Shown: positions 38,108 to 48,559, numbered from the stretch's first letter. The stretch: DNA of 64,000 bases from Candidatus Latescibacterota bacterium (GCA_965197905.1 CBDAOB010000005.1:1728001-1792000); one strand, 5' to 3'. The notes: generated from the letters alone by a model not told the origin. A program made the numbers and translations.

Positions 38108-38524
38108 TCACCAGGTATGGACGTAGACCGCGGTTCTCACCTTTTCGCCACTTTGATCCATAGACAAGAGCGAGTCGGCATACGCCGCGTGCCGCACCAG
38201 TCGCTCGCGACTTCCCCCTTTGAGGAAGAGGTGGAGATCGGTCTCCGGTCGGCTTATCAGCTTGGCCACCTCGGCTTTGAATCCATGCTCGGTCAGCGAC
38301 CGTTTGATGCTGTGGCCATCTTGAGACAATCCCATCTGCCATTCGGTGTAAAGAATCACCACGTCCCCTTCTTCCGGGTCGTGCTGGTGCGCCCTCCAGA
38401 CCGGTTGTGCCACGTTTAGGATCATGATGCCCAGACATAACATGAGCATCATGATACCGAGGAAGAGCTCCTTGCTGACGTCGTGATCTTCCCAATCCTC
38501 GGGGCGCCGCCGGGCGAAGCTCAC
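38108..38524 (-). CDS. ExbD/TolR-like single-TM partner protein
   Basis: Basic N-term RRR, then DVSKELFLGIMMLMLCLGIMILNV TM and a small C-domain. Starts 3 nt after the ExbB-like gene. Confidence 0.6.
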   Translation of the reverse strand: MSFARRRPEDWEDHDVSKELFLGIMMLMLCLGIMILNVAQPVWRAHQHDPEEGDVVILYTEWQMGLSQDGHSIKRSLTEHGFKAEVAKLISRPETDLHLFLKGGSRERLVRHAAYADSLLSMDQSGEKVRTAVYVHTW

Positions 38525-38527
38525 CCG

Positions 38528-39304
38528 CTATCTCCCATGGGGATGGTCGCGGAGCCCGTGCCAGGATTCTTCCAGGGTTTCGACCCGTTGAATCAGATGG
38601 TCGGTGAGCTTGCGCAGAGGCAAGTAGGCCAGAAGAGCCACCAGAGTGGTTTGAAAGGCCAGCACCAGACCACCCGCCATGGAACTCAGAACCCTGAAGG
38701 TTTCGGTCGCCTCGGTGATCTGGCCCAACTCCTGGGCCATCAACAGGATTCCACAGACGGTGCCCATGTACCCATAGAATGGGACGCGCGCGAGATCACG
38801 ACGAACGTGAAGCAGTGGATTGCCCAGGAAATTGATGTATTGATCGACTGCCGCCTCGTCCCGCGTCTTCAGATCGCTGTAATGTTTGTGCTCCCGGCGG
38901 AAATGCAGCAACGCTTCCACCCTCAGCTTGGCGAGGCTCCCGACCAGGGGGCCGTCCTTGGCGCCGAACGCCCGTTCTTCCCGGCGCAGCGACAGAAAGG
39001 CGTGGACCAACACCAGAAGATGAGCGCCGCTGGCGCCAGCGACGAGAATGTAGGAGAACCTCCCGATCCATTCGATGACGTTGGCAGTCGAGTTGAGCGC
39101 CAGGAAATAAACGGCGATTCCCCCCATAGCCAGTCCGGTGATTGCGCCGAGAACCGCCGCGATGCGATTGAGATGCGGCGTGTGCAGTGCGAATTTCTGT
39201 TCGGCTGAACGCAGCCCTTTGCCGCGATGGAGAAGTACCAAAGCACCGCTCGCCCCGCCGGCGACGACCACCAGCACCCCCGCTATGACCGCAGGCCAGT
39301 TCAT
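38528..39304 (-). CDS. MotA/TolQ/ExbB proton-channel family protein
   Basis: VPFYGYMGTVCG and GLVLAFQTTLVAL channel helices; three N-terminal TMs; ATGA overlap with the upstream gene. Confidence 0.82.
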   Translation of the reverse strand: MNWPAVIAGVLVVVAGGASGALVLLHRGKGLRSAEQKFALHTPHLNRIAAVLGAITGLAMGGIAVYFLALNSTANVIEWIGRFSYILVAGASGAHLLVLVHAFLSLRREERAFGAKDGPLVGSLAKLRVEALLHFRREHKHYSDLKTRDEAAVDQYINFLGNPLLHVRRDLARVPFYGYMGTVCGILLMAQELGQITEATETFRVLSSMAGGLVLAFQTTLVALLAYLPLRKLTDHLIQRVETLEESWHGLRDHPHGR

Positions 39305-40485
39305 TGATTCCAAACCTCGTCGCGATAGATAAACCAACCTTGCCGAGCCAGGAAACCGGTGTACAGCAGAAGGCAGAGACTGAACATTGTCAGCGTCCAG
39401 GGAAGAACCGCCGTGTGCAACGGAGGGTACTCGGCCTTCGCTTCGAGAACCCAACTGGCAGGGCCGCGTTCGGGAGGGGGTTGATAATTCAATTGTCGAT
39501 CTTCATCTCGACTCTCCGCCGAGCCGGCGGGTTTGCGAAGTCCCGCCGTCGCTTCAGCCAACCCCTTGAGTTTTCGCGGATCGCGAAATACCAGCCCGCT
39601 GTCGGGTGCCGGCAACTGTCGTGCCCAAGCGGTCAAATTGGCCGCTGTCTGCAGACTCAGCTCCTCCGACAAACGCCCCGCATGTCCCAGTGTCAAGGCC
39701 AGGTCCGACCGTGCGAACCCACGGTAGAGAACGGGTTGAGACGATAGCTGCCGACGCTTTGCAAGCGCGTCCCCAACCCGTTTCTGCCGGCTCTTCAGAT
39801 GCGAGACGTGGCTGACGATCTCGTGGAAGATCATCGGTTCTTCGACAACGGCCAACTGGGAAGGAGGGTGCCGCTGGGAGTACGCCGCCCTGCGCACCCG
39901 GTTGGCTGAAAACCTTGTTTCTAGCCAGACCGATCCGTAGCTCTGGTCCTCTTTCCAGATAACGCGGGCTGCGGGAATATCCGGCTGTGAGAATGTGGGC
40001 GGATACGAAGGAGCGGTGGGCGTACCATCCGAACTCCAACTGTCCTCGTCAGTCACCGTCACCTGACGTAGACCGCCGCCTGGATCTCGCAGGTAGAGAC
40101 CTGCCATGAACCCGTATACGACCCGGTCAGTGTCCCAACATTGGGCGCTGAGAATGTTCTCCTCTCGCAGATAGAAACGAGAGATCTCCACCAAAGTGGG
40201 GGTTAGACGAGTCTGCCCCACCAAATAACCATTGAGATAGACCTGGGCTTCGTCGTCAGCCCAGAAAATCAGAACCAGATCTTGTGTCTGCATGACTGGG
40301 GTCTGCCCCTTCCCCTTGGCCAATTCTGCGAAATTGGCGTGACCGTACAACCGCAAGAGCGAATCCATGCTGGCTATGACCCCATTGTATTCCCGTCGCA
40401 GCTGCAAGGCTTGCTGATCCAGAGACCATGCCGCCTGCGGCAGTTCCGCCAGCAGGCACACCAGTAACAACGCCGGCTTATTCAC
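39301..40485 (-). CDS. Exported protein with beta-sandwich (lectin-like) domain and C-terminal TM anchor
   Basis: Signal peptide; WADDEAQVYLNG; C-term TM LPWTLTMFSLCLLLYTGFLA. Confidence 0.7.
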   Translation of the reverse strand: MNKPALLLVCLLAELPQAAWSLDQQALQLRREYNGVIASMDSLLRLYGHANFAELAKGKGQTPVMQTQDLVLIFWADDEAQVYLNGYLVGQTRLTPTLVEISRFYLREENILSAQCWDTDRVVYGFMAGLYLRDPGGGLRQVTVTDEDSWSSDGTPTAPSYPPTFSQPDIPAARVIWKEDQSYGSVWLETRFSANRVRRAAYSQRHPPSQLAVVEEPMIFHEIVSHVSHLKSRQKRVGDALAKRRQLSSQPVLYRGFARSDLALTLGHAGRLSEELSLQTAANLTAWARQLPAPDSGLVFRDPRKLKGLAEATAGLRKPAGSAESRDEDRQLNYQPPPERGPASWVLEAKAEYPPLHTAVLPWTLTMFSLCLLLYTGFLARQGWFIYRDEVWNQ

Positions 40486-41556
40486 TCTCCGATCCCGGGG
40501 GCAACTGCGACCGCATCGTTTTCTGCATCCCCTGCAACACGAGAATGTCGTCTTCCAGCTTGGCCTGTTCTAGAAAGTCGGGCTCGATGTCGGCCCGCAT
40601 GCGCACGCGAATAATCTCGCGGTCCAACGCTTCGATCACACCTTTGGCGCGGAGGGGTCTGTCGAGCGTGAGATAGTTTTCGAAGAGTCGCGCGTACTCG
40701 TCTTGACGCGCCTGGTAGAAATCGATCCTCAATTGGAGCTGTCGAGTCTCTTCTTCCAGTTCCGGATCCGCCATGGTCGTCGCCGGACGCGATCCTTGTG
40801 ATTCGGGCGTGGGTGGTGGAATCTCATGCCCCAGACTCTTGAGCTCCCCGCGCAGCTTGTCGGCAAGGGCCTGCCACTTCTTCGACTGCGCCACGTGCTG
40901 CGGTCGGCTCGATGCCGATCCCATGGAAGCCAGCTCGTTCATCTTGTTGGCATTCGCTTCGGCAGCGGCTATCACGCTACCTCCCCCTCGAAATCCTCCA
41001 AAAATCGATACAGCCGAAAGAGAGCCAAGAAGTCTCCCTGCTCCTTCGAGTAGAAGTCGATCTGGACTTGCAGAGCAAGAGCACGTTGGCGGATTTCCCA
41101 CAATAGCCCCTCCAAAAGTGGGTTCCAGAGTTTTTCGTTCAGGTCGGGCATGATGGAGGCGGCCCTTTGAATCGCCTCCCGCGCCTTTTCCGGCTCCTTC
41201 ATGAAAAAGTAGGCGCGGGAGAGAAATACCCATATTTCGCTCCTGTATCGATAAGCCTGGACCGACTCCTCGAACCGTACCGCCGCTTCTTCGTACTGGC
41301 CGGCGTAATAACTCAAGCGGCGATCGACGCCGAAGCGAAGACCGACACCACTGTTGATAAAGTCTCCCTCGCGAAATTTGCTGGAATTGGGAACCCGCAT
41401 GGCTTCGTTGAGATAGTCCAGCCGGCGATCCTCCGCCAACACCCTTGTTGGGGTCGACAGTACTGGCGACAACGCGACCCATGCCAGGGCGAGGAGAGAG
41501 ACTACGATGCCGTATCGGCTGTTATATCTGCGAGCGTGATTGGCCGCCGTCAACAT
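40478..41556 (-). pseudogene. Exported TPR-like protein split by a frameshift in a G5 tract (40983-40987)
   Basis: ORF 40972-41556 (signal, TPR, LQVQIDFY) continues in the 40478 frame (GSVIAAAE...LQLRIDFY). One extra G fuses them; may be a sequencing error. Confidence 0.72.
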
Positions 41557-42292
41557 TTAAGCAGGCTCCCGTTACCCAGCTGGCGCGGTCGGAGGCGAGA
41601 AATACAACGACGTCGGCGACCTCCTCTGGTTTTCCGAAGCGCCCGAAGGCGATATTTGCTTCGACAAATTCACCGATACCCGCCGGATCCTCTTTCATTC
41701 TTCGCTCCCAACCCCCGCCCGGGAAGATGATCGAGCCGGGAGCAACCGAGTTCACGCGAATGTTTTTCTTTGCCGCTTCCTGGGCGAGAGTCGAGGTTAA
41801 GCTAATCATGGCCGCCTTTGCGGCGTTGTAGGAGATCGGCCCGCCGATCTCTCGCCCGAAGATCGACGAGATATTCACGATGTTTCCGTGGCCACTCTTT
41901 TCCATGGTAGGCATGGCGGCGCGGGTGACACGGACCGCGGAGAAAAAACTCCGGTCGAATATGTCGGCCCATTCGTCTTCGGAGATCTCCTGAAACGGAG
42001 TCCAGATCGCCCCTCCAACATTGTTGACCAGGATGTCCAGCCTTCCAAACCGCTTGACGGCGGCCTGGACGACAGATTCAGCGCCCTCAACAGTGGTAAC
42101 ATCGGCAACCAGTGATTCAACCTCGACGCCCTTTCCGTCCAGCTCCTGCAGGGCGGATTGCAACCCTTCCTCATTGCGGGCGCAAATACAGACATTTGCG
42201 CCTTCATCGGCGAATGCCAGGGCGATGCGATTGCCGATTCCACGGCTGGAGCCGGTAACCAGAGCAGTTTTGCCATTTAGACCAAGATCCAT
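41522..42292 (-). CDS. SDR family oxidoreductase (FabG-like)
   Basis: TGSSRGIG, NNVG, YNAAK and NSVAPG. Confidence 0.93.
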   Translation of the reverse strand: MDLGLNGKTALVTGSSRGIGNRIALAFADEGANVCICARNEEGLQSALQELDGKGVEVESLVADVTTVEGAESVVQAAVKRFGRLDILVNNVGGAIWTPFQEISEDEWADIFDRSFFSAVRVTRAAMPTMEKSGHGNIVNISSIFGREIGGPISYNAAKAAMISLTSTLAQEAAKKNIRVNSVAPGSIIFPGGGWERRMKEDPAGIGEFVEANIAFGRFGKPEEVADVVVFLASDRASWVTGACLNVDGGQSRSQI

Positions 42293-42372
42293 TTCAGCTT
42301 TTTCTCCCTCTTTCTAAGTGTGAGACGGCGAACTCACGAGCAGCTTCTATGTGCGATCTCGGACGAACGCCC

Positions 42373-43350
42373 TTAAGCAGGATGTGCCAGAGCCCCAGGA
42401 TTCAAAATAAACAGTGCAACTAGATAAGCTACGCAAAGCGCCATTAGAACTAAGCCCTTCCAACGCTGGAGCTTGTAGCCCATGCGCATCAAGGCAAGCA
42501 TCGAGAAAACAATCACCAACATCGCTGGGAACATGAAGTGAATCACCTCGGTGCTCACGGTCAGCGGATTGGCGACCGCGGAGGCTCCGGCAATCCAGCA
42601 GATGTTGAGCACGTCGGCTCCCAGAATATTGCCGGCGGCCAGACTTCCCTGGCCTTTGCGCGCCGCCACCACACACGATGCAACCTCGGGAATCGATGTG
42701 CCCAGAGCGATCATGGTGAGGGCAACTACAATGTCCGGCACTCCGAGTCCGGCCGCGACCACGGGAGCGGCGTCAACAATCCATTCAGAGGACAAGATAA
42801 CGCCAGCTAAACCTAAAAAAAACAGAATGATGCGCCGATTGGCGTGGGGATGCTCCGAGACGGAGTCCGCCGCATCTCCGGCGTGGCCGCGACGCTTCTG
42901 TTCCCAGTACAGGAAATACAGATACCCCAGAAACCCTGCCACGAGTACCAACCCCTCCCGGCGACTAAGGGTGCCGTCGAAACACAGACCGTACGCAACC
43001 AGATCGACGGCAATCAGGAATATGGCGGTTGACCGGAGCACCGAGCGGTCGATGGCAATGGCGGCGGGCGCCAGGAGGGCGGCTAACGGAAGCGCAACGC
43101 CGTCGTCGTATATCACCGAACCGACGGCGTTTCCAAGGGCAAACTCGGCCTCTCCAGAAAGAGCGGCGTTTATTGAAACAGCGAGTTCCGGAGCGGTGGT
43201 TCCCAGACTCATTATCACGATTCCAATGAGCATGGGCGGAGCCTGAAGGCGCCGGGCGAGCTCAACCGCCCCGTCGACGAACCAGTCGGCACATTTTGCC
43301 AACAGGACAAACGCCACCGCCATGAGCGCCAGAGCCTGCCAGAACCCCAT
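42373..43350 (-). CDS. Ca2+/Na+ antiporter (YrbG family)
   Basis: Duplicated alpha motifs GTTAPE and GTSIPE; GNAVGS and GNILGA. Confidence 0.9.
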   Translation of the reverse strand: MGFWQALALMAVAFVLLAKCADWFVDGAVELARRLQAPPMLIGIVIMSLGTTAPELAVSINAALSGEAEFALGNAVGSVIYDDGVALPLAALLAPAAIAIDRSVLRSTAIFLIAVDLVAYGLCFDGTLSRREGLVLVAGFLGYLYFLYWEQKRRGHAGDAADSVSEHPHANRRIILFFLGLAGVILSSEWIVDAAPVVAAGLGVPDIVVALTMIALGTSIPEVASCVVAARKGQGSLAAGNILGADVLNICWIAGASAVANPLTVSTEVIHFMFPAMLVIVFSMLALMRMGYKLQRWKGLVLMALCVAYLVALFILNPGALAHPA

Positions 43351-43515
43351 TGACTCCGAACCCGCTTCGATGTCCACCTCCCCAGGCTGTGCAACCTTGG
43401 CTGTCGAAAAATCGCGCCCAATGATATCGAACGACCCCGTAGATGTCAAGAATTCGCAAAAAGTTGCGATTATAGATACTACTTCATATCATTTCATATA
43501 ATTTTCTTTGGAATA

Positions 43516-43531
43516 TGTGATGAGAATCACA
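43516..43531. promoter_or_regulatory. CRP/FNR-family binding site
   Basis: Perfect TGTGA-N6-TCACA in an AT-rich divergent intergenic region. Confidence 0.6.
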
Positions 43532-43600
43532 AAACTGATCCTGTAGATTGCCGATATATAGTGTAGAGGCGCAGCGATCTTTTCCGACAGGACGGGTGCC

Positions 43601-43855
43601 ATGTTTGACTACTTTTTGACTTCCATTCTCCAGATAATCCTGGTATTGGACGTTCTCGCCGTCATCGCCTATTTCGTTTTAGGCGGCTTGAAACGGAAGT
43701 CCGATGCCGAATTTGGTCGATCTGGCTTCAGGGATTTCTTACCATCTCTCTCTGGACGCTGGCCATGGCACCGCGAACCCGCGGTCCCGGCGCGGGCGGC
43801 CGACTTCGCCGATCTGCGCAACGTCTTACACAGCTTCGGGGACGGTCTCGCCTGA
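43601..43855 (+). CDS. Small membrane protein
   Basis: One N-terminal TM; AGGA upstream. Confidence 0.6.
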   Translation: MFDYFLTSILQIILVLDVLAVIAYFVLGGLKRKSDAEFGRSGFRDFLPSLSGRWPWHREPAVPARAADFADLRNVLHSFGDGLA

Positions 43856-44073
43856 TTCAGCGACCAAATCCCAGACTTTCAAGGCCTCCAGTTCCAACTA
43901 CGCCTCTGGCTCTGACGGAGTCGTAAACCTCTCCCGGTCGCGGGCTGGAGGCCTTGTCATATTCGCCCGGCTATCCCCACCACCCCTCCTTTGTAATAAT
44001 TACCCTTGCTTTTAGGTTTTTATTACTTAATTTTAATACGAGATTCTTCAACGAGGAGGCGGATGGTCTTATA

Positions 44074-45327
44074 ATGGACGCGAATGAGCTTAGTGGTCAG
44101 ACCGTGATGATAGCGGTCTCCGGAGGGCTGGATAGTTGTTGCATTACACACTGGCTGGCCGCACAGCATGTGAAGGTTGTCGCCTTCACCGCCGATCTTG
44201 GCCAACCGGATGAAAAGAATATCGAGGATGTGCGGGAGCGGATGCTGGCGTGTGGAGCGAGCGAAATGATCATTGCAGATCTGAAGAAGGAGATCTGCGA
44301 CGCAGGAATAAAGCTCATTCAGTCACAAGCCACCTATGAGGGAGGCTATTGGAACACTACGGGCATCGCCAGGCATGTAGTCGTGGAAGCGATGCTCCCC
44401 TTTATGAGCGATCGCGGGATCGAGATTTTGTCCCACGGCTGCACAGGTCGGGGAAACGATCAGGTCCGCTTCCAACTGGCGTCGCAGATGCTCGATCCCC
44501 GGGTCCGGGTCTACGCTCCTTGGCGCGACCCGTCCTTTCTCGAACAGTTCGGGGGACGCAAGGAGATGATCGATTATTGCACCGAGCACAACCTCCCCAT
44601 ACGGGCATCTCATGACTCGCCCTACTCAACCGACGCCAACATGCTGGGATTGACCCATGAAGCCGGTGAACTGGAATCGTTGCGCACCCCGGCTTCGAGA
44701 ATTGACCCCGGAATGGGTGTGTTCCCCCAGAAGGCGCCGGACCGGGCTGAGGTGTTCGAGATTCGGTTCAGCGAGGGATATCCGGTCTCGGTAAATGGGG
44801 CGGAGGTGACCGGAATGGAGGCGCTTTTGCGCGGCAACGAAATCGGCGGCCGCCACGGCATCGGCATCGGCTTGCACGCCGTCGAAAACAGGTTCGTCGG
44901 CATAAAATCACGCGGGATCTACGAGGCTCCCGGAATGGAGCTCCTGGGAAAGTGCTACGAACACCTGCTGCAGCTGGTGCTTGATCGGCGCACGAGGCGG
45001 ATCTACTCGGCCATATCGAGGCACCTTGCGGAGCAGATATACGAGGGATACTGGTTTGATACGGCGACCCAGGCTTCCTGGCGGTTCGTGGAGCACCTCA
45101 ATCGCCTGATGACCGGTACCGTGGCCGTTTCGCTTTACAAAGGCAACGTATCGTTCCATAGGGCGACTGACGCGCCCCACTCACTCTACAGTGAATCCAC
45201 GGCGTCCATGGAAGATGTCGGCGATTTCGACCATGTCGACTCTGAAGGTTTCCTGGGCGTTTTGGGCATCAGTGCGCGGGCTTTGAACGTGGCCGGACAG
45301 ACGGGTAACGACGATCTCAAAGGGTGA
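44074..45327 (+). CDS. argG: Argininosuccinate synthase
   Basis: SGGLDS, HGCTGRGNDQVRF, YSTDANMLG and ENRFVGIKSRGIYEAPG. Confidence 0.96.
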   Translation: MDANELSGQTVMIAVSGGLDSCCITHWLAAQHVKVVAFTADLGQPDEKNIEDVRERMLACGASEMIIADLKKEICDAGIKLIQSQATYEGGYWNTTGIARHVVVEAMLPFMSDRGIEILSHGCTGRGNDQVRFQLASQMLDPRVRVYAPWRDPSFLEQFGGRKEMIDYCTEHNLPIRASHDSPYSTDANMLGLTHEAGELESLRTPASRIDPGMGVFPQKAPDRAEVFEIRFSEGYPVSVNGAEVTGMEALLRGNEIGGRHGIGIGLHAVENRFVGIKSRGIYEAPGMELLGKCYEHLLQLVLDRRTRRIYSAISRHLAEQIYEGYWFDTATQASWRFVEHLNRLMTGTVAVSLYKGNVSFHRATDAPHSLYSESTASMEDVGDFDHVDSEGFLGVLGISARALNVAGQTGNDDLKG

Positions 45328-46210
45328 ACAGCGGCTCGATGAGATCGTAGAGTACGTTCAGCTCCGCGACGTCGTGATCATCGAGGGTGCCGCTTGCGCC
45401 GCGCACCGCAGCCGCGCGGATGATACCACGTCGACGCAGGACCTCCTTGTAGACGGCGACCGACATCACCCTTTCGAAGTTGATGAGGGGCAGCAAACGA
45501 TTGAAGAGCGCGCGGCCCTCGTGCATTTCGCCGTTTTCCAGATGATTCCATATGCGAACGATGACGTCGGTAGTGTGACACGAGGGCATATTGCCGGCAG
45601 CACCCCGAGCATATTCATCCAATAACCAGATACATCCGTTACCCCCAAAAACCCCTTTGCAGGCGGCGCCAGCCGCCTCGATAGTCTCGCCAATCTTGCG
45701 GGGTTCGGGCATGGTCTCCTCTTTGATATACTGCACCTGCTCGAGTTCGACACACATCTTCTTAAGGAGATCGGGGGCCATAGGGGTGCCCACCGGACCC
45801 ATGAAATTCTGGATGCATATCGGAATTGCTACAACGTCGGAGATATGCTTGAAGAATTGGTAACACCCTTCTCCGCTGAGCTGTTGAGCCGGAGGCGGCA
45901 TCGCCATTACACCGGCGGCCCCCACTTCCTGGGCATAGAGTCCAAGATTGGCCGCCGGTATAGCATGTCCAGAGGTAACCGTAGCGACAAATGGGACGGA
46001 ACCGGACGCCCTAGCGACCACCTCGATCCACTTCTTCTTCTCCTCGTCTGAAAGGGTGTTGAATTCACTCGCCACCGCCGGCCCCACCAGTCCGTGTGCG
46101 CCCGATTCGATATTGAAACGCACGACCGCGGCCAACCCCTCCTCGTCCAACCTTCCATCCTCGTGGAACGGCGTCAGAACTATCGGAAATATCCCTCTCC
46201 AGCTGTTCAT
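45317..46210 (-). CDS. Dihydrodipicolinate synthase-like (DapA family) aldolase
   Basis: GIFPIVLTPF, SEFNTLS and YIKEE. Confidence 0.88.
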   Translation of the reverse strand: MNSWRGIFPIVLTPFHEDGRLDEEGLAAVVRFNIESGAHGLVGPAVASEFNTLSDEEKKKWIEVVARASGSVPFVATVTSGHAIPAANLGLYAQEVGAAGVMAMPPPAQQLSGEGCYQFFKHISDVVAIPICIQNFMGPVGTPMAPDLLKKMCVELEQVQYIKEETMPEPRKIGETIEAAGAACKGVFGGNGCIWLLDEYARGAAGNMPSCHTTDVIVRIWNHLENGEMHEGRALFNRLLPLINFERVMSVAVYKEVLRRRGIIRAAAVRGASGTLDDHDVAELNVLYDLIEPLFTL

Positions 46211-46257
46211 CAATCCTCTCCTTGAACATGCGGACCGAACTCGTAGTGGCAGACCCG

Positions 46258-47019
46258 TTACAACCGGCGAGCCCTCCATATCTGCTCGCCGTATCCATTG
46301 AAGGCGCCCCCGTCGAAGTCTCCCAGAAGCTCTACTACTTCGAAACCGCAACGCTCCAAAAGGTATTCGATCTCGTAGCGAAAGGAATAACGCAAAATCA
46401 GCAGCGAGCGCGTCCGTGAAACAACCCGATCACGCGCGTCGATCTCCTCGAAGAGGAGCTCTTGTTCGATGATCTGCATCTCTGGATCGTATTCCCTTGC
46501 ATACCAAACTACCACCCGGTTGCCCGTACTCTTTTGAATGAAGTCCGTATCCTTTTTCAGGACCGGGGTCGCTGCAGCCGTACCAAACTCCATTTGAGGA
46601 TCAAAGATATTGAATGCCAGCTCGCCCCCAGGAATGAGGTGCTCCCTGATGGTTGCCAGAACGTCATGCTGATCTGCAGGGCTTAAGAGATGCTGAAAGG
46701 TCCGATAGGGCACGATAATCAGACCGAACTGACGATCGAACTCGAAGCGGGACATATCGGCGGCCGTCAGTCTGCAATTCTCTGGCCCACCCGGCACTCT
46801 CGCGAGCTTTTCGCGGGCTATCTCCAAAAGCTGAGGGTCGACATCGAGGCCCCAAATCTCGATGCCGGCGGAGGCGATCGGCGCAAGGATTCGTCCGGTC
46901 CCGCAGCCCAGTTCCAGAACTCCATCGTCGGTGTTGCTTGCGCACCCGAGGTAGTAGTCCAGATCGCCCGGAACCCCGGTGAAATACTCATCGTAATACA
47001 GGCTGTTGTAGCTATTCAT
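46258..47019 (-). CDS. Class I SAM-dependent methyltransferase
   Basis: VLELGCGTGR, ADM and HLIPGG. Confidence 0.9.
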   Translation of the reverse strand: MNSYNSLYYDEYFTGVPGDLDYYLGCASNTDDGVLELGCGTGRILAPIASAGIEIWGLDVDPQLLEIAREKLARVPGGPENCRLTAADMSRFEFDRQFGLIIVPYRTFQHLLSPADQHDVLATIREHLIPGGELAFNIFDPQMEFGTAAATPVLKKDTDFIQKSTGNRVVVWYAREYDPEMQIIEQELLFEEIDARDRVVSRTRSLLILRYSFRYEIEYLLERCGFEVVELLGDFDGGAFNGYGEQIWRARRL

Positions 47020-47201
47020 GGGCGGTCGCGGTGGCGACGATCACATGCGCAACAATGCAGGGCGTGCCGAAACGCGCCATTTGCGAGGGGAGCTCGTTGT
47101 GTGGAAATGATCCCGCAGCGGACGAAACTCGTGCGGTCGCGGAGTTAATCGCCGAGTCTCGACCAGCTATGGATGGACGGTCCCGATCTGTACCAGGAGA
47201 T

Positions 47202-48182
47202 TCAGTTGAGCAAATCCTGCACGACCGACTTTTCTTCGCGCAGCTCCGCGGTGGTTGCCGCCAGCTTCTCCTTGGCAAAATCACTGAGGTCGACCCCATC
47301 AACCACCGAACGGGTGCCCTTGCCATCGCTGGTAAGCGGAAAGGAGAAGATCAAACCGGGATCCACCCCATAGCTTCCATCGGATTCGATAGCACCGGAG
47401 AACCAGTCCCCTTCGGGGGTCCTGCTTTCACAACTCTTGATATGGTCGAGTGCGGCGTTGGCTGCCGATGCCGCTGACGACAAGCCGCGCGCGGCGATAA
47501 CCTCAGCGCCCCGCTGTTGCACCACCTGAATGAATTCGTTTTGTAACCACGAGACATGGCCGATTACCTCCGGCACCGGCCGACCATTGATACGTGCGTT
47601 CTCGGCGTCGGGGTATTGCGTGGCGCTATGATTGCCCCAAATGGTAACGTTTGATACAGATTCCACTGAAGTTCCCGCCTTGGCCGCCAATTGCGCCGCA
47701 GCTCGATTTTGATCGAGGCGGGTCATGGCATAAAATCGATCGTTGGGAACGGAACTGTTGTTCATAGCGATCAAGCAATTGGTATTCGCCGGATTACCAA
47801 CCACGAGAACGCGGACGTCGTCCGCTCCGCGCTCGAGGGCAGCTCCCTGACCGACAAATATCGGTCCATTCTCCTTAATGAGATCGCCCCTCTCCATGCC
47901 GGCGCCCCGCGGCTTGGCTCCAATCATAAGTGCCCAGTTGACGCCGTCGAAAGCTACCTCGTTGGAATCGGAGATAGATACCTCGTCCAAGAGTGGAAAG
48001 GCACAGTCGTCAAGCTCCATCACCACTCCTTCCAACGCCTTTAGGGCGGGCGTGATCTCAAGCAGGCTGAGCTTGACTCTCGTATCCCCCCCGAATACCT
48101 CGCCGGATGCGAGGCGCGGCAAGATGGCGTAGCCGATTTGTCCGGCTGCCCCCGTTACTACCACTTTGACTGTTCGGGCCAT
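47202..48182 (-). CDS. mdh: Malate dehydrogenase
   Basis: [28 protein letters not shown] and [12 protein letters not shown]. Confidence 0.96.
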   Translation of the reverse strand: MARTVKVVVTGAAGQIGYAILPRLASGEVFGGDTRVKLSLLEITPALKALEGVVMELDDCAFPLLDEVSISDSNEVAFDGVNWALMIGAKPRGAGMERGDLIKENGPIFVGQGAALERGADDVRVLVVGNPANTNCLIAMNNSSVPNDRFYAMTRLDQNRAAAQLAAKAGTSVESVSNVTIWGNHSATQYPDAENARINGRPVPEVIGHVSWLQNEFIQVVQQRGAEVIAARGLSSAASAANAALDHIKSCESRTPEGDWFSGAIESDGSYGVDPGLIFSFPLTSDGKGTRSVVDGVDLSDFAKEKLAATTAELREEKSVVQDLLN

Positions 48183-48362
48183 CGTTGGGCGTTCCTCCTC
48201 CTGTCTCTGTGAATCGGCGCTACAATCTGAACAAAAATGGGAATTTTGGCAATTCCGCAACCGGCGTCTGCCGCCAGGCGCGATGGGGCAAATGCGCAAA
48301 TTCTGGCCCTCGAAGGTAAGGGATACGCCAGGGTTTGATGGGCGTCTGAGAGCGAGATTCTA

Positions 48363-48390
48363 TTGACATTCGACCCCGCCCCTCTATCTT
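48363..48390 (+). promoter_or_regulatory. Sigma70-type promoter of tRNA-Tyr
   Basis: TTGACA-N16-TATCTT, 33 nt upstream of the tRNA. Confidence 0.6.
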
Positions 48391-48423
48391 ATTCCGCTGC
48401 CAAAATTCGACTGCTCCGGAGCA

Positions 48424-48509
48424 GGGGGGATACCAAAGCGGTCAAATGGGGTAGACTGTAAATCTACTGGCTTATGCCTTCGCAGGTTCGAGTCCTGCTC
48501 CCCCCACCA
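48424..48509 (+). tRNA. tRNA-Tyr (anticodon GUA)
   Basis: GGGGGGA/TCCCCCC acceptor stem, GTAGA-CTGTAAA-TCTAC anticodon arm, long variable arm, encoded CCA. Confidence 0.97.
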
Positions 48510-48519
48510 CTGAGAATCC

Positions 48520-48551
48520 AGGGGATCGCACAAACATGTGATCCCCTTTTT
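48520..48551 (+). terminator. Intrinsic terminator after tRNA-Tyr
   Basis: AGGGGATCGCA...TGTGATCCCCT followed by a T-run. Confidence 0.75.
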
Positions 48552-48559
48552 CATGCCCG

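Noticed and set aside
38108..39304. Zorya ZorA/ZorB defence system
   Set aside because: The ExbB-like protein has no long C-terminal tail, the partner has no OmpA-like domain, and no ZorC/D/E-like gene is adjacent.
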